From Solobacterium sp. (GTDB taxonomy: Bacteria; Bacillota_I; Bacilli_A; Erysipelotrichales; Erysipelotrichaceae): a stretch of 64,000 bases of DNA. The position numbers and the translations under genes are program-made. The stretch covers positions 24,781-88,780 of the forward strand of contig JAFRCE010000018.1 in NCBI GenBank assembly GCA_017404505.1. The letters run 5' to 3'. A model generated the notes under the pieces. The model saw only the letters and a program-made list of their open reading frames with translations. It was not told the DNA's origin and searched no databases. Of this stretch, positions 10,871-20,652 are shown piece after piece (the stretch's first letter is position 1; each line of letters begins with the position of its first letter).

Positions 10871-11140
10871 TTACCAGCCGAAGTAGAACTCTTCTTCATA
10901 CCCGCAGTACGGACATTTCATGACGATGTGGCTGGTACCGTGCGAAGAATCAGATCCGTTCCCTTTCTGGGACCAGATCAACTGCTTATTTTTGCGACAA
11001 AGGCCGCAGATATACCAGATTTCCATACCTTCTGATGTAAATTCGGTATACGTATCTCCACCGGATACATTGTTGAGTTCATCGAGATTGATTTTGATAA
11101 CTTTACGTTCTTTTTCATTCTCCACAGACATTTTTCGCAC
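10871..11140 (-). CDS. double-glycine-leader peptide precursor with CxxC-27-CxxCG core (GG peptide 1)
   Basis: 89 aa, SD AAAGGAG. The leader MRKMSVENEKERKVIKINLDELNNVSGG fits the GG-leader consensus (V-4, L-7, E-8, I-12, V-15). The core has 61 aa and is net anionic. Confidence 0.7.
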   Translation of the reverse strand: MRKMSVENEKERKVIKINLDELNNVSGGDTYTEFTSEGMEIWYICGLCRKNKQLIWSQKGNGSDSSHGTSHIVMKCPYCGYEEEFYFGW

Positions 11141-11223
11141 TCCTTTCGATTACAGTCGCTGCTGTTTCCGATAATCTCACAGCATGCATTTCAGACTTTT
11201 TATATGAGGTGATGCTATGCTGA

Positions 11224-11649
11224 TTATTTCGCGGATTCCTCCGATTTGGGCTGCGGTAATTCAAACTTTTCAAACTTCGGAGTTTCCAGATCGTCGATTT
11301 TCCAAACTTTGTCTTCTTTGATCACCTTCATTTCGACAGTGCCGGTCATCTTGTCCTGGTAGTTAAAGCCAAGGATCGCTCTGGAGGAATCCGATCCTTT
11401 CATCACATCTTTAACGGTCCAGTTGCATTCTGAGAGTTTTTCCAGTAAGACTTTCACTGCGTTGCCACCCATAAGCGTGTTGGTGAGCAGAGAAACGCCC
11501 GGCAGATCCGAGAGCGATTCCATGCTGTTGACTTTTTGGAGTGCATTTGCTGTAAGGTGTTTCTTCAGGCCTGCCAGACCGTCCACTTTGATTTCATCGA
11601 TCGTTTTGTTCAAAGCGTACTCCGGACTCCAGCTTTCAAATAGATCCAT
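11224..11649 (-). CDS. hypothetical protein (141 aa), no signal peptide, lies 83 nt upstream of GG peptide 1
   Basis: ORF with GGAG SD. I recognise no motif. The C-terminal half resembles small NTF2/DUF4878-like beta-rich domains, but only loosely. Confidence 0.55.
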   Translation of the reverse strand: MDLFESWSPEYALNKTIDEIKVDGLAGLKKHLTANALQKVNSMESLSDLPGVSLLTNTLMGGNAVKVLLEKLSECNWTVKDVMKGSDSSRAILGFNYQDKMTGTVEMKVIKEDKVWKIDDLETPKFEKFELPQPKSEESAK

Positions 11650-11774
11650 TGCTTATCTCCATTATCTATTATTGCATTCTTGCATGTTTCTGCTTAAAAG
11701 TAAAAATCTGACAGTGCAATATGAATTGCTCCGGATTCATGATATCAATTGTTCAGATGCCGGATAAACAGTTG

Positions 11775-11807
11775 AAAACCCTGTGGGATCAGACACCACA
11801 GGGTTTT
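11775..11807 (-). terminator. terminator of the ABC exporter operon
   Basis: 12-bp stem AAAACCCTGTGG/CCACAGGGTTTT with a 9-nt loop. On the minus strand it is followed by TTTTCAACTGTTT. Confidence 0.7.
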
Positions 11808-11870
11808 CGGCATTTTACATAAGAAGATACATCATCAAACAGCAGAATAATTACGGATCAAACCTTTTCA

Positions 11871-13613
11871 TCAGACACTCCAGCCCGCGCTGGCATTCTG
11901 CAATTCGCTCATCCGGCGGAAAATACTGTCTTTTCTCGCATTCAGTTCAGCAGGCGTTCCTTCTTCTGCGACCTTTCCATTATCAAGGACGACGATCTTA
12001 TCAGCCGCTTCAACCGTGCGCATCCGGTGAGCAATGACCAGCACCGTTTTACCGGCAAGCAGCCGCGATAATGCATCCTGCACTTTGGTTTCGTTTTCAA
12101 CGTCAAGAGAAGCCGTTGCTTCATCCAGCAGAACGATCGGAGCGTTCTTTAATAACGCTCTGGCGATGGAAATGCGCTGCCGCTCACCGCCGGACAGTCT
12201 GGTGCCGTTCTCACCGATCGGTGTCGCATAGCCCTGCGACAATTTCAGGGCGAATTCGTCACAGTTGGCGGCCGCCGCGGCTGCCAGTACTTCTTCATCT
12301 GTCGCACCATGTTTGCCAAGGCGGATATTTTCCATCACGGTATCGTCAAACAGTACCACATCCTGGAACACCATGGAATAGTCACTCAGCAGTACTTCGG
12401 GATCCACTTTGCTGATATCCACACCGCCGACTTTAATGGTGCCTTCTGATATATCCCACAGTCTCGCGGCCAGTCTGGCACAGGTGCTCTTTCCGGACCC
12501 GGAAGGTCCGACCAGGGCAGTCACTTCTCCTTCTCTGGCGGTAAAGCTGACGCCGCGCAGGACCTGTTCATTGTCATAGGCGAATCCGACGTTCTCAAAT
12601 GTGATGTCATGATTTGTCGGCGAGAAGCTGTCTGCACCTTCGGCGGTTTTCGCATCATAGATTTCATTCAGGCGGCTGGCCGAGATCTGTGACATGAACA
12701 TTTCCGCGATCAGTGCCAGGGCTTGATCAAACGGCGCGTAAATACGTGTGATGGCCAGCAGGAACATGAATAATTGCATAAAGTCGATCTGTCCGGAAAG
12801 AATCAGATTTGTTCCGGTCAGAATCGTCGTCGCCACACCAAGACGCATGATCACGCTTGCCGCGTTGACGAAAATGCCGGTGGACAGTTCTCCCTGCCGC
12901 ATAGTTTTCTCATGATAGTCGATCTTATCGTTCAGAGTCTGCAGGAACCGTTCTTCCTGATTGGTCGCCCGGATCTCCCGGATGTTTTCCAGGGTTTCCT
13001 GAATACCGTCAGCGACCTGGATCCCCGCTGCTTTGGTGATTTCAGATTGTTTTTTCGCCAGCTTCCGGCTGCCGAAAAGCAGTGCGAACGCGACCGGGAC
13101 TCCCCAGAGACACGCCACTGCCATCCGCCAGTTATAGACCAGCATCACGATGGCAATAATCACCGTCGAAATATAGGATCCGTACAGATAACTGAGACAG
13201 TGAGACCACACATGTTCCAGACGGTTCACGTCACCCATGATCGTCTCTGTGAGATCCGCCAGATCACGTTTGCCGAAATAGCCCAAAGGAAGCTTCCTCA
13301 GCTGTTCAGCCAGGCTGATACGAACGCTCTTCACTTCGCTGTAGACCAGTCCGTAGGTCGCTTTGTATTGCTGTAAATGCGTTACGATCGACAGAATGAC
13401 AAAGACTAGAACCAGCAGAATGAACGTACCCGCTTTCGGCAGTCCTTCACCATTGGTCAATACCGCCATATACTTTTCCATCAGCAGATAGAGAATACCC
13501 ATACCGCCCATCACGATCAGATTGACGATGACGGTCCAGAACGTACCTTTTTTCGTATTCCGGATCCCCTGATCTGTCAGAGCGTATTTTCTTTGAAATT
13601 CTTTTCCGAACAT
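11871..13613 (-). CDS. ABC transporter permease/ATP-binding protein (exporter half-transporter)
   Basis: 580 aa. N-terminal 6-TM domain, Walker A GPSGSGKST, signature LSGGERQ. No N-terminal C39 peptidase domain. Confidence 0.9.
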   Translation of the reverse strand: MFGKEFQRKYALTDQGIRNTKKGTFWTVIVNLIVMGGMGILYLLMEKYMAVLTNGEGLPKAGTFILLVLVFVILSIVTHLQQYKATYGLVYSEVKSVRISLAEQLRKLPLGYFGKRDLADLTETIMGDVNRLEHVWSHCLSYLYGSYISTVIIAIVMLVYNWRMAVACLWGVPVAFALLFGSRKLAKKQSEITKAAGIQVADGIQETLENIREIRATNQEERFLQTLNDKIDYHEKTMRQGELSTGIFVNAASVIMRLGVATTILTGTNLILSGQIDFMQLFMFLLAITRIYAPFDQALALIAEMFMSQISASRLNEIYDAKTAEGADSFSPTNHDITFENVGFAYDNEQVLRGVSFTAREGEVTALVGPSGSGKSTCARLAARLWDISEGTIKVGGVDISKVDPEVLLSDYSMVFQDVVLFDDTVMENIRLGKHGATDEEVLAAAAAANCDEFALKLSQGYATPIGENGTRLSGGERQRISIARALLKNAPIVLLDEATASLDVENETKVQDALSRLLAGKTVLVIAHRMRTVEAADKIVVLDNGKVAEEGTPAELNARKDSIFRRMSELQNASAGWSV

Positions 13614-15419
13614 TTACTTCACCTCCTGCTGATTCTGGGTAATCTTCCATTTCACAGCCCGGTTATAATCAGCCCACATTCTGGCATAGAGTCCGCCGGA
13701 TGAAACAAGCTGTTTATGTGTTCCTATTTCCGCCACATGGCCGCCATCCAGTACGACGATCTGATCCGCGCCGATGACAGTCGACAGACGGTGAGCGATC
13801 ATGATGACGGTGCGGCCTTTCATCAGAACGGAGAACGCTTTCTGAATCAGAACTTCGTTTTCCGGATCGGCAAACGCCGTCGCTTCGTCGAGTACAATGA
13901 TCGGCGCATCCTTCAGAATCGCCCTGGCCAATGCCACACGCTGCTGCTCGCCGCCGGAGAGATACGTACCTTCGGTTCCGATCACCGTATCCACACCATC
14001 CGGAAGCTTAGCGAGAATATCATCACACTGGGCAGCGGAAAGAGCCGCCATGACTTCAGCGCGTGAGGCGTCCGGTCTGGCTGAGCGGACATTCTCAAGA
14101 ATGCTCGCCTTAAACAGTCTGTCATTCTGGAAGACAAAGGCCACCTGATCCATCAGGACATGCGGGTCCGTTTCTCTGACATCCACCCCGCCGACCAGTA
14201 CACTTCCGGAACTGACATCCCAGAAACGCGGGATCAGACTGGCAGCCGTTGTCTTGCCGCCGCCCGACGGTCCGACAAGCGCCACTGTCTCTCCCGGCTC
14301 AGCCCGGAAGGAAACATGATCCAGAGCCGGTATGACTGTTCCTTCATAAGTGAAACAGACGTCTTTGAATTCCACGCTGTTGTCAGCTGGAGTCAGTGGA
14401 TGATCACTGATCTTAAGTACCGGCGCGCTCATGACCTGATCGATACGCCGCAGCGCGGTACTTGCCAGCATCATTCCGCTTGAAGCGAACATGATTCTGG
14501 CCAGTGCTGTGGATATTACAGCGGAAAACACCGCATAGAACGCGAAGTTTGTGACAAATTCCGCGAAATTCCCAGCTTGCAGAGCACCGGGTGCCAGAAG
14601 CAGCACGACCGGAATAAGGAAGATAAAGGCTCCTTCCGTAAAAGTCAGGTTAATCGACTGCGGCATACAGCAGACATCTCCCTGATAATGCTCAGCCTTG
14701 GCACTGTATTCCTCAATGGCATGTTTGAATGCGCGGAACGAATACACGGTCTGCTGAAAGACCTTGACGACCGGAATGCCGCGCACGTATTCCGTACCCG
14801 CCTTGCTCATGACGTCCTGGGCCGCCTGATATTCCTGCATCAGTTTCGCGTTTTTGCCGCCCATCATCGTGAACATGGCCATGATCGATATCACGGCAGC
14901 CATCAGACAGGCCGCCCCCATACGCCAGTCAAACACGAACATCAGCACGATCATTGAAAGTACCATAGCGGCACTGCCGACAATGTCCGCCAGATTATGG
15001 GCGAGAAGCGTTTCCGTCTCCGATGCGGCCCCGTCCAGACGGTTGCGGATCAGGCCTGACGCATTGGCGTCAAAGAAACCGAGCGGGGTCTTCATCAGAT
15101 GCGCCATGCCCTGTTTGCGGATATTTGTCGCTGTCCTGAAAGCCGCCAGATGCGTGCACATCAGGGCTGCGAAATAGACCGCGATACCGGCCACGGCAAA
15201 ACCGAAGGCCAGCCATCCGTAGCGGGCGATCCCAGCAGCTTTTGTCCACTCCGGCGCGGCGGCAATCAGGTCTCTTGCCACCAGCCAGATACAAATGTAA
15301 GGTACCATGCCAAGAATCATGGCAACTGCCGAAAGACCAAGACCGAGAAAGGTCAGTCCTTTGTAGCTGCCCGCATAATCAAGCAGAACAGCCAGATCGC
15401 TTTTCTTCTTTTCATTCAT
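13614..15419 (-). CDS. ABC transporter permease/ATP-binding protein (exporter half-transporter, partner of 11871..13613)
   Basis: 601 aa. Walker A GPSGGGKTT, signature LSGGEQQ. It abuts the next gene with no gap. No C39 peptidase domain. Confidence 0.9.
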   Translation of the reverse strand: MNEKKKSDLAVLLDYAGSYKGLTFLGLGLSAVAMILGMVPYICIWLVARDLIAAAPEWTKAAGIARYGWLAFGFAVAGIAVYFAALMCTHLAAFRTATNIRKQGMAHLMKTPLGFFDANASGLIRNRLDGAASETETLLAHNLADIVGSAAMVLSMIVLMFVFDWRMGAACLMAAVISIMAMFTMMGGKNAKLMQEYQAAQDVMSKAGTEYVRGIPVVKVFQQTVYSFRAFKHAIEEYSAKAEHYQGDVCCMPQSINLTFTEGAFIFLIPVVLLLAPGALQAGNFAEFVTNFAFYAVFSAVISTALARIMFASSGMMLASTALRRIDQVMSAPVLKISDHPLTPADNSVEFKDVCFTYEGTVIPALDHVSFRAEPGETVALVGPSGGGKTTAASLIPRFWDVSSGSVLVGGVDVRETDPHVLMDQVAFVFQNDRLFKASILENVRSARPDASRAEVMAALSAAQCDDILAKLPDGVDTVIGTEGTYLSGGEQQRVALARAILKDAPIIVLDEATAFADPENEVLIQKAFSVLMKGRTVIMIAHRLSTVIGADQIVVLDGGHVAEIGTHKQLVSSGGLYARMWADYNRAVKWKITQNQQEVK

Positions 15420-15466
15420 AAAATCACCATCCTGTTCATTCTTCTGAAACCATATCGCCGATTTGT

Positions 15467-15482
15467 GTTAGTAAATGCTAAC
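15467..15482. promoter_or_regulatory. 16-bp palindromic operator candidate upstream of the ABC operon
   Basis: GTTAGTAAATGCTAAC (GTTAG-N6-CTAAC). It is 13/16 identical to the site at 20653..20668, with the same flanks (T before, TGT after). Confidence 0.5.
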
Positions 15483-15579
15483 TGTAGTTTATATTTAATG
15501 CCTTCCCGTGAATGGTACGGGAAAGCATTTTTACAGATGATTAAGCAGTACGGATCCAGCCAGTCCCGTAACTATGTAT

Positions 15580-16209
15580 TCATGCCTTCTTCACGACATG
15601 AAAGTCACAGCAGTCGTCACCGGCTCCGAGCGTCTTTGTGCGCAGCAGCTTTCCGCCTTTATACTCGATCGTCGGATAATCCATCACGCACATGTGCGGC
15701 GTCAGGAACGCCAGGTTTTCCTGGCGGCCGATTTTACAGACACCGCATTCGTGATGCGTCACATAGTATTCCGGAACGGAAAGATCATATGAAAAGTCGA
15801 AGACCCAGTCCATCGGATATTCTTTTTTCTTCGACCGTTTGGAACCGCGGACGTATTTATCGATCTCTTTCGGATCAAAACAGTTTTTACCCTTATAGAA
15901 CCGCTTCATCATGTCGCTCTTGCAGATGGCGTCGATCATGCCGTCAAACACTTCCATCGTGATATGTTCCGGATCCGCCTTGTAATAGGAGAACCCGTAG
16001 CAGGCAAGATACATGACTGCAGCAAACATGTTTTCTTTCATCGAACCGACGGCAGGAGTTCTTTTCACCATAGCCCGGTATTCTTCCATATGTCTTTTTT
16101 TGAATAAGCGAATATCCATATCCGGAACAGCTTTTTCGGTATATCCGTAGACCACTCTGCTGAACATATATGGAAACAGTCTTCCAATGATTCCCAGTTT
16201 CATCGTCAC
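15580..16209 (-). CDS. L-2-amino-thiazoline-4-carboxylic acid hydrolase (ATC_hydrolase, PF14196-like) family protein
   Basis: 209 aa. The C-terminal CGVCKIGRQENLAFLTPHMCVMDYPTIEYKGGKLLRTKTLGAGDDCCDFHV matches the Cys-rich family signature as I recall it. Confidence 0.6.
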   Translation of the reverse strand: MTMKLGIIGRLFPYMFSRVVYGYTEKAVPDMDIRLFKKRHMEEYRAMVKRTPAVGSMKENMFAAVMYLACYGFSYYKADPEHITMEVFDGMIDAICKSDMMKRFYKGKNCFDPKEIDKYVRGSKRSKKKEYPMDWVFDFSYDLSVPEYYVTHHECGVCKIGRQENLAFLTPHMCVMDYPTIEYKGGKLLRTKTLGAGDDCCDFHVVKKA

Positions 16210-16259
16210 ATCTTTCTAATCGATTTATATAACCAAATATATTTCATCATCGCTACTCA

Positions 16260-17132
16260 TCAGATACCGTCCGTTCTGACTTTTCGAAGCGGAATGTTTC
16301 TGGCGCTTTCTTCCGTATCGTCATTCTCTATATATCCATCGTACGGCGCGGATGGATCGGTATATTTCTTTGTGAACGGTTTACAGATTTCCTTTCTGTG
16401 CCTGAACGCAAAGTCAGGGTCGTCCGTCCAGCCGGTATGGCCGGTGATGATCTTTAATGGCTGTTTTCTGGACCGTATAATCTTTTCCAGAGCCGCCAGT
16501 GAGCGGACAGCCAGTTTATTGTCTTCCGCCAGTGTGCTGATAAAACTGTAGCCGCCGTCCGCACCGAACCAGATCGTATCACCGGTGAACAGATACGCAT
16601 CATCGATCAGGTAGACCATATGGCCCCAGGTATGACCGGGAACCAGAATGCATTCGATTTTGATATCACCGATATGAATGACTTCACCATCCTTCAGCAG
16701 TACTTTCGGATTGTCGGTTTTTACCATGGGCAGCTTATACAGACCATGAAAGACCTTGCGTCTGACTTCGCCGGTGAGATACCGGTTTTCGATCTCTCCG
16801 ATATAGATCTTCGCGTCTTTGAACAGCTGTTCACTGTCCCTCTCCAGCGCTCCAACATGATCCGTGTCCTGATGGGTAATGAATATATCCTGAATGGAAG
16901 CGGGATCGATATCCAGCCAGCCCATCTTTTCTTTCAGACGCCGGTAGTTATATCCGGCATCGATCATGACCGTGTTGCCGTTCTTCGTATAAAAGAAGAT
17001 ATTCGCGATCCATTCCCGCACACATGCGGTATGATCATCGATCCAGCCGGTATTCAGCGGTTTGAAAATCGCTTTGCCGCGGAACAGAATACTCATGGAT
17101 TTCTTTTGATTCTCAGAATCTTTACGTGCCAT
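16260..17132 (-). CDS. MBL-fold metallo-hydrolase
   Basis: The track ORF runs to 17174. ATG 17132 has GAGGAGG 5 nt upstream and removes the overlap with the upstream gene. Motifs ITHQDTDHVG and VPGHTWGH. Confidence 0.8.
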   Translation of the reverse strand: MARKDSENQKKSMSILFRGKAIFKPLNTGWIDDHTACVREWIANIFFYTKNGNTVMIDAGYNYRRLKEKMGWLDIDPASIQDIFITHQDTDHVGALERDSEQLFKDAKIYIGEIENRYLTGEVRRKVFHGLYKLPMVKTDNPKVLLKDGEVIHIGDIKIECILVPGHTWGHMVYLIDDAYLFTGDTIWFGADGGYSFISTLAEDNKLAVRSLAALEKIIRSRKQPLKIITGHTGWTDDPDFAFRHRKEICKPFTKKYTDPSAPYDGYIENDDTEESARNIPLRKVRTDGI

Positions 17133-17142
17133 TTTTGCCTCC

Positions 17143-17622
17143 TCAACGCAGAAGAATGATGATGCCTGCGACAATCGCCGCTCCCGCGATCCAGATCAGT
17201 GTCAGGATCACGCGTTTCCTTAAGACCTGCGGCCAGGTCTGCACAAACGGAATCTCTTCCGTTCCGGGTATGATCCAGAACCTGCTGTGGCCGACCCATA
17301 GCCGGTCGATCACGATTCCGTCATACCAGTTCATAACTTCCAGAAACAGGAGCGCCTGCCAATACGCCGGCCAGAAACTACGCACCCCATTCCAGACACG
17401 GATGATTAGGATCAATGCTGCCGCCATGACGGTAAAGAATGCCGTCATAAAGCGTTTCCGCTTCTTGGCTGTCGTCACCCGATCGCTCAGTCCCAGTTTA
17501 TATACTTTCTCCTGAACAGGCTCCGGATAGAAGTACAGACCGTTCAGAGCATTGTTTCCCACGCCGAATTTCACCATCAGCGTGAACAGGGCGCAGAACA
17601 GGATCAATTGCAGAAGAATCAT
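17143..17622 (-). CDS. uncharacterised small membrane protein (paralogue of 19153..19662)
   Basis: The track start 17631 is GTG. ATG 17622 has GAGG 8 nt upstream. It has 3-4 hydrophobic helices. Blocks shared with the paralogue: YP..(V/I)QE and W..YD....(I/L)D......(F)....GTE. Confidence 0.65.
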   Translation of the reverse strand: MILLQLILFCALFTLMVKFGVGNNALNGLYFYPEPVQEKVYKLGLSDRVTTAKKRKRFMTAFFTVMAAALILIIRVWNGVRSFWPAYWQALLFLEVMNWYDGIVIDRLWVGHSRFWIIPGTEEIPFVQTWPQVLRKRVILTLIWIAGAAIVAGIIILLR

Positions 17623-17645
17623 TTCAGTCACCTCAAATCCTTTGC

Positions 17646-18320
17646 CTAATAAGTCAGAACGATGGAGAAATCCATCAGTGCATGCAGAAGCACCGGCAGC
17701 CAGATCGTACCTGACTTCTCTTTCAGCAGCTGAAACAGACAGCCGGCGACGGTCAGGCTAAGGGCCTGCGATGTGATGAAATGAAGCAGAATGTCACCAG
17801 TAATCTCGCCCCAGTTCGCCGCACTGAAGATATGCAGCAGTGCAAAACAGATATTCGGTATCAGATACCGCACCGGCCAGCTGAAATCCTGCAGGAACCA
17901 GGTGCATACATCCCGGCACAGAAATTCTTCCGCAAATGCGATAAAGACAGAATAGTAAAGAAGACTGAAGAGAACAGATATCTTATCTTCCTTGACAATC
18001 AGACACCATACAGTCAGTCCAAGGATCGTAAGAAGCAATATACCGGCTGTGATCCGCTGCCATTTCCCTTCCAGTGTCATATACATCTGCTGGATGAAGT
18101 CTTTCCGCAAAAAGGCTGCGAACAGGATCAGCAGTGCGGCCGGATATAGAAATACGGTCATGCTCTGCATAAAGACACCGCAGAGATTCTTAGAAGCATG
18201 GCGCACGGAGAGCAGTTCTCCGCTCTGTGCTTTCGGATAGAAAAAGAATGCCATGATCATGAAATCCACCGCGCAGATACCGATCGGAAGAATCGTCTTC
18301 CATAAGTTTTTGCTTTTCAT
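17646..18320 (-). CDS. CPBP family intramembrane glutamic endopeptidase (Abi/CAAX protease-like)
   Basis: 224 aa, polytopic. Motifs AEEFLCRD (EExxxR), FALLH, LLHALMD. Confidence 0.8.
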   Translation of the reverse strand: MKSKNLWKTILPIGICAVDFMIMAFFFYPKAQSGELLSVRHASKNLCGVFMQSMTVFLYPAALLILFAAFLRKDFIQQMYMTLEGKWQRITAGILLLTILGLTVWCLIVKEDKISVLFSLLYYSVFIAFAEEFLCRDVCTWFLQDFSWPVRYLIPNICFALLHIFSAANWGEITGDILLHFITSQALSLTVAGCLFQLLKEKSGTIWLPVLLHALMDFSIVLTY

Positions 18321-18332
18321 CGTACAGTTTCC

Positions 18333-19124
18333 TTATATCCCGGCACATTCAGTACTCGGATGATGCACCTTTTCGACTTCTTTCATGAACTGTTCTGTGT
18401 TTTCGCCGATCAGTCCGCCATGTCCCATGTCTTCAAAAATCTTACAGGTAAAGGGATAACCTTTTGCCTTCAGTTCCTCGAGGTTTGCGGATAACTTCCG
18501 ATCCACTGTCCCCTTGATGCCGTACCAGATATGCATATCTGTGTTCTGGAAAACGCTGTAATCTGTCTTCTTGCCGATCATGCATCTGTCCTGATTCTTC
18601 CAGCTTTTCCAGCTGGCTTTCGTGTAAAGGATCCGATCTGCTTCCGACCGGCTGCGTCCCGTGATCTTTGCCAGGAACCATTTGCGCAGTTTTCCCGCTC
18701 TGCCCATGATCACAAAGAATGTCCCGGTAAAGAAGAACAGATAGATTTCCTTCAAAAGATCGTTTTTGATGTCCGGATAATCCCTCAGTGACATACCGTC
18801 GGCTATGGCGGTCGTGATCGCCAGCCGGTTATCTTCAAGCACCTGCATCAGTGTGCGGCAGCCGTAGGACAGCCCATAGAGAATATCTACCTTTCCGCCA
18901 TAGTTTGCGATGATATAGTCCTCCAGTTTTTCCGCCTCATACGCCACCGAGCGGAATTCCGTGTCCGGTTCGGACGGGTTGAAGCCATCATAAGCGACAA
19001 GCAGAACGTGATAGCGTTCCGCTATCTTTTTCGCGGTAGGAAGGACGCCCAGATAACTTGTTCCGCCGCCATGCAGAAGAACCATCAGTTCTTCGTTTTC
19101 TTTGCCTAATTCAAAGTATTTCAT
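18333..19124 (-). CDS. alpha/beta hydrolase
   Basis: 263 aa. LHGGGTS oxyanion region, nucleophile elbow GLSYGC, C-terminal GHGG. Paralogue of 19659..20435. Confidence 0.8.
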   Translation of the reverse strand: MKYFELGKENEELMVLLHGGGTSYLGVLPTAKKIAERYHVLLVAYDGFNPSEPDTEFRSVAYEAEKLEDYIIANYGGKVDILYGLSYGCRTLMQVLEDNRLAITTAIADGMSLRDYPDIKNDLLKEIYLFFFTGTFFVIMGRAGKLRKWFLAKITGRSRSEADRILYTKASWKSWKNQDRCMIGKKTDYSVFQNTDMHIWYGIKGTVDRKLSANLEELKAKGYPFTCKIFEDMGHGGLIGENTEQFMKEVEKVHHPSTECAGI

Positions 19125-19152
19125 ATACAGGGTTTTCTACAGCTGACCCTTA

Positions 19153-19662
19153 TCAAAACAAAGTGACGAGCCAGCCAACGGCTGCAGCGGGAATCAGCGC
19201 GAAGATAATGCCGGGAAACAGCATTCCCCTGACATGAAACCATTTCTGATGATAGGCTTCGTCCATATGTTCCGTTCCTTCCAGCCGGAACATCGGCAGA
19301 TTGGCAAACAGCACCCAGTCCAGAAAAATTGTGTCATAGATACCGATCCAGGCCATAAGGACAAAGGCAAGCAGGAACCCCTGCTGGAAGGTTTCTGCCC
19401 CGGCGATCCGGCAACAGACCAGCAGGATGCCGGTAAATATCAGAATGCCGAGACCTTTTGTCAGGATCACGTTTTTGGACTGATAACTCACATCCACTCT
19501 CTCGTGTGTCCGGAAATATTCCTCCTGGATATCCGGCGGATAATTATGGATGCTTGCCGGACTGTATTTTCTGTCTCCCTGATAATAAGCAAAGATAATC
19601 GCCGTGAAAATTGCCGCAAAAACAGCCATTTCAATTAAAATCATCCAGATGTTCATTTTCAT
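19153..19662 (-). CDS. uncharacterised small membrane protein (paralogue of 17143..17622)
   Basis: 169 aa. ATGA overlap with the upstream hydrolase gene. Same helix pattern and conserved blocks as the paralogue. Confidence 0.65.
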   Translation of the reverse strand: MKMNIWMILIEMAVFAAIFTAIIFAYYQGDRKYSPASIHNYPPDIQEEYFRTHERVDVSYQSKNVILTKGLGILIFTGILLVCCRIAGAETFQQGFLLAFVLMAWIGIYDTIFLDWVLFANLPMFRLEGTEHMDEAYHQKWFHVRGMLFPGIIFALIPAAAVGWLVTLF

Positions 19663-20435
19663 GCCTCCGCTTCCGGGCGCTTTCCCATCGCTCTTTCAAT
19701 TTCAGCAGCGAACTTCTCCGGTTTCAGGACGGCCAGCCCGCCATGTCCGGTCTCCTGAAACACGCGAAACTCAGCAGCCGGAAATTGTTTTCTGACATAA
19801 TCGATATCCCACTTCCGGTCTTTTTCTTCCGTCTTGGCATACCAGTATTCGATATGCGGACAGTCCGTCATGATATCTTTCGGCATTGTGTAATTGTTGC
19901 AGGAATCAAACGTACGCCAGATGGTCTTCGCGCTGATGAATTTCAGAACATCTGCGAGATAGGTCAGATCTTCATCAGAGTATTCGTCCGAAGTAAATAG
20001 TTTTTCCAGAAGACGCAGACCGCCGAGTTTTCCCAGATAAACCATCAGAAAGTCACGTAAAGCGATAAAACGTGTCAGGATCCAGGGCAGCTGGTATGGT
20101 GTGATACCGCCGTCTATCACTGCTGTTCGTATGGCTATACGGCGGTCCATCAGAAGTTTTATGACAGCCGAACCTCCCATGGAGCAGCCATACACACAGG
20201 AAAGATCACTCAGGCCATGGGCGATCAGCCAGTCAGCCAGTTCGGCAGAGATTTCTTCGATACTGGTAAAATCACCTTCTGTCTCTTTGTCGTAGCCGCA
20301 AAGAGCCGGAATGATCAGATGATACCGATCCTGTAAAAGAGGAATCACATATTCGAAATAGTCCCACATGACGAGAGACGGATGAATCAGCAGTAAAGCC
20401 GTGCCATTTGTTTTTCCAAATTCGTGGATCTTCAT
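19659..20435 (-). CDS. alpha/beta hydrolase
   Basis: 258 aa. Nucleophile elbow GCSMGG, C-terminal GHGG. Colinear similarity to 18333..19124. Confidence 0.8.
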   Translation of the reverse strand: MKIHEFGKTNGTALLLIHPSLVMWDYFEYVIPLLQDRYHLIIPALCGYDKETEGDFTSIEEISAELADWLIAHGLSDLSCVYGCSMGGSAVIKLLMDRRIAIRTAVIDGGITPYQLPWILTRFIALRDFLMVYLGKLGGLRLLEKLFTSDEYSDEDLTYLADVLKFISAKTIWRTFDSCNNYTMPKDIMTDCPHIEYWYAKTEEKDRKWDIDYVRKQFPAAEFRVFQETGHGGLAVLKPEKFAAEIERAMGKRPEAEA

Positions 20436-20652
20436 TCCTGCACCAAATATAGAATCAGCAGATCGGAACGGATTTCATATACCCTTCCGGTCCATGAGAA
20501 GTTTATTAAAGTTAAATATACCTAACTCATGTTCAAAAAAAGATGTCTGCGGATCGCTGCAGGTGTCGGAAAAAAAGTCAGATCACATTGATACTTCCGC
20601 ATGTTTCTCATTTGCTTCACCAACAGCAGGCCGACGGTAATGAACGACGGAT

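Noticed and set aside
11871-15419. The ABC transporter pair as the dedicated peptidase-containing exporter (PCAT) for the GG peptides
   Set aside because: Both proteins start directly with the transmembrane domain, and at 580 and 601 aa they are about 130 aa too short to hold a C39 peptidase domain. They look like ordinary heterodimeric exporters. A link to the peptides remains only a hypothesis (see findings).
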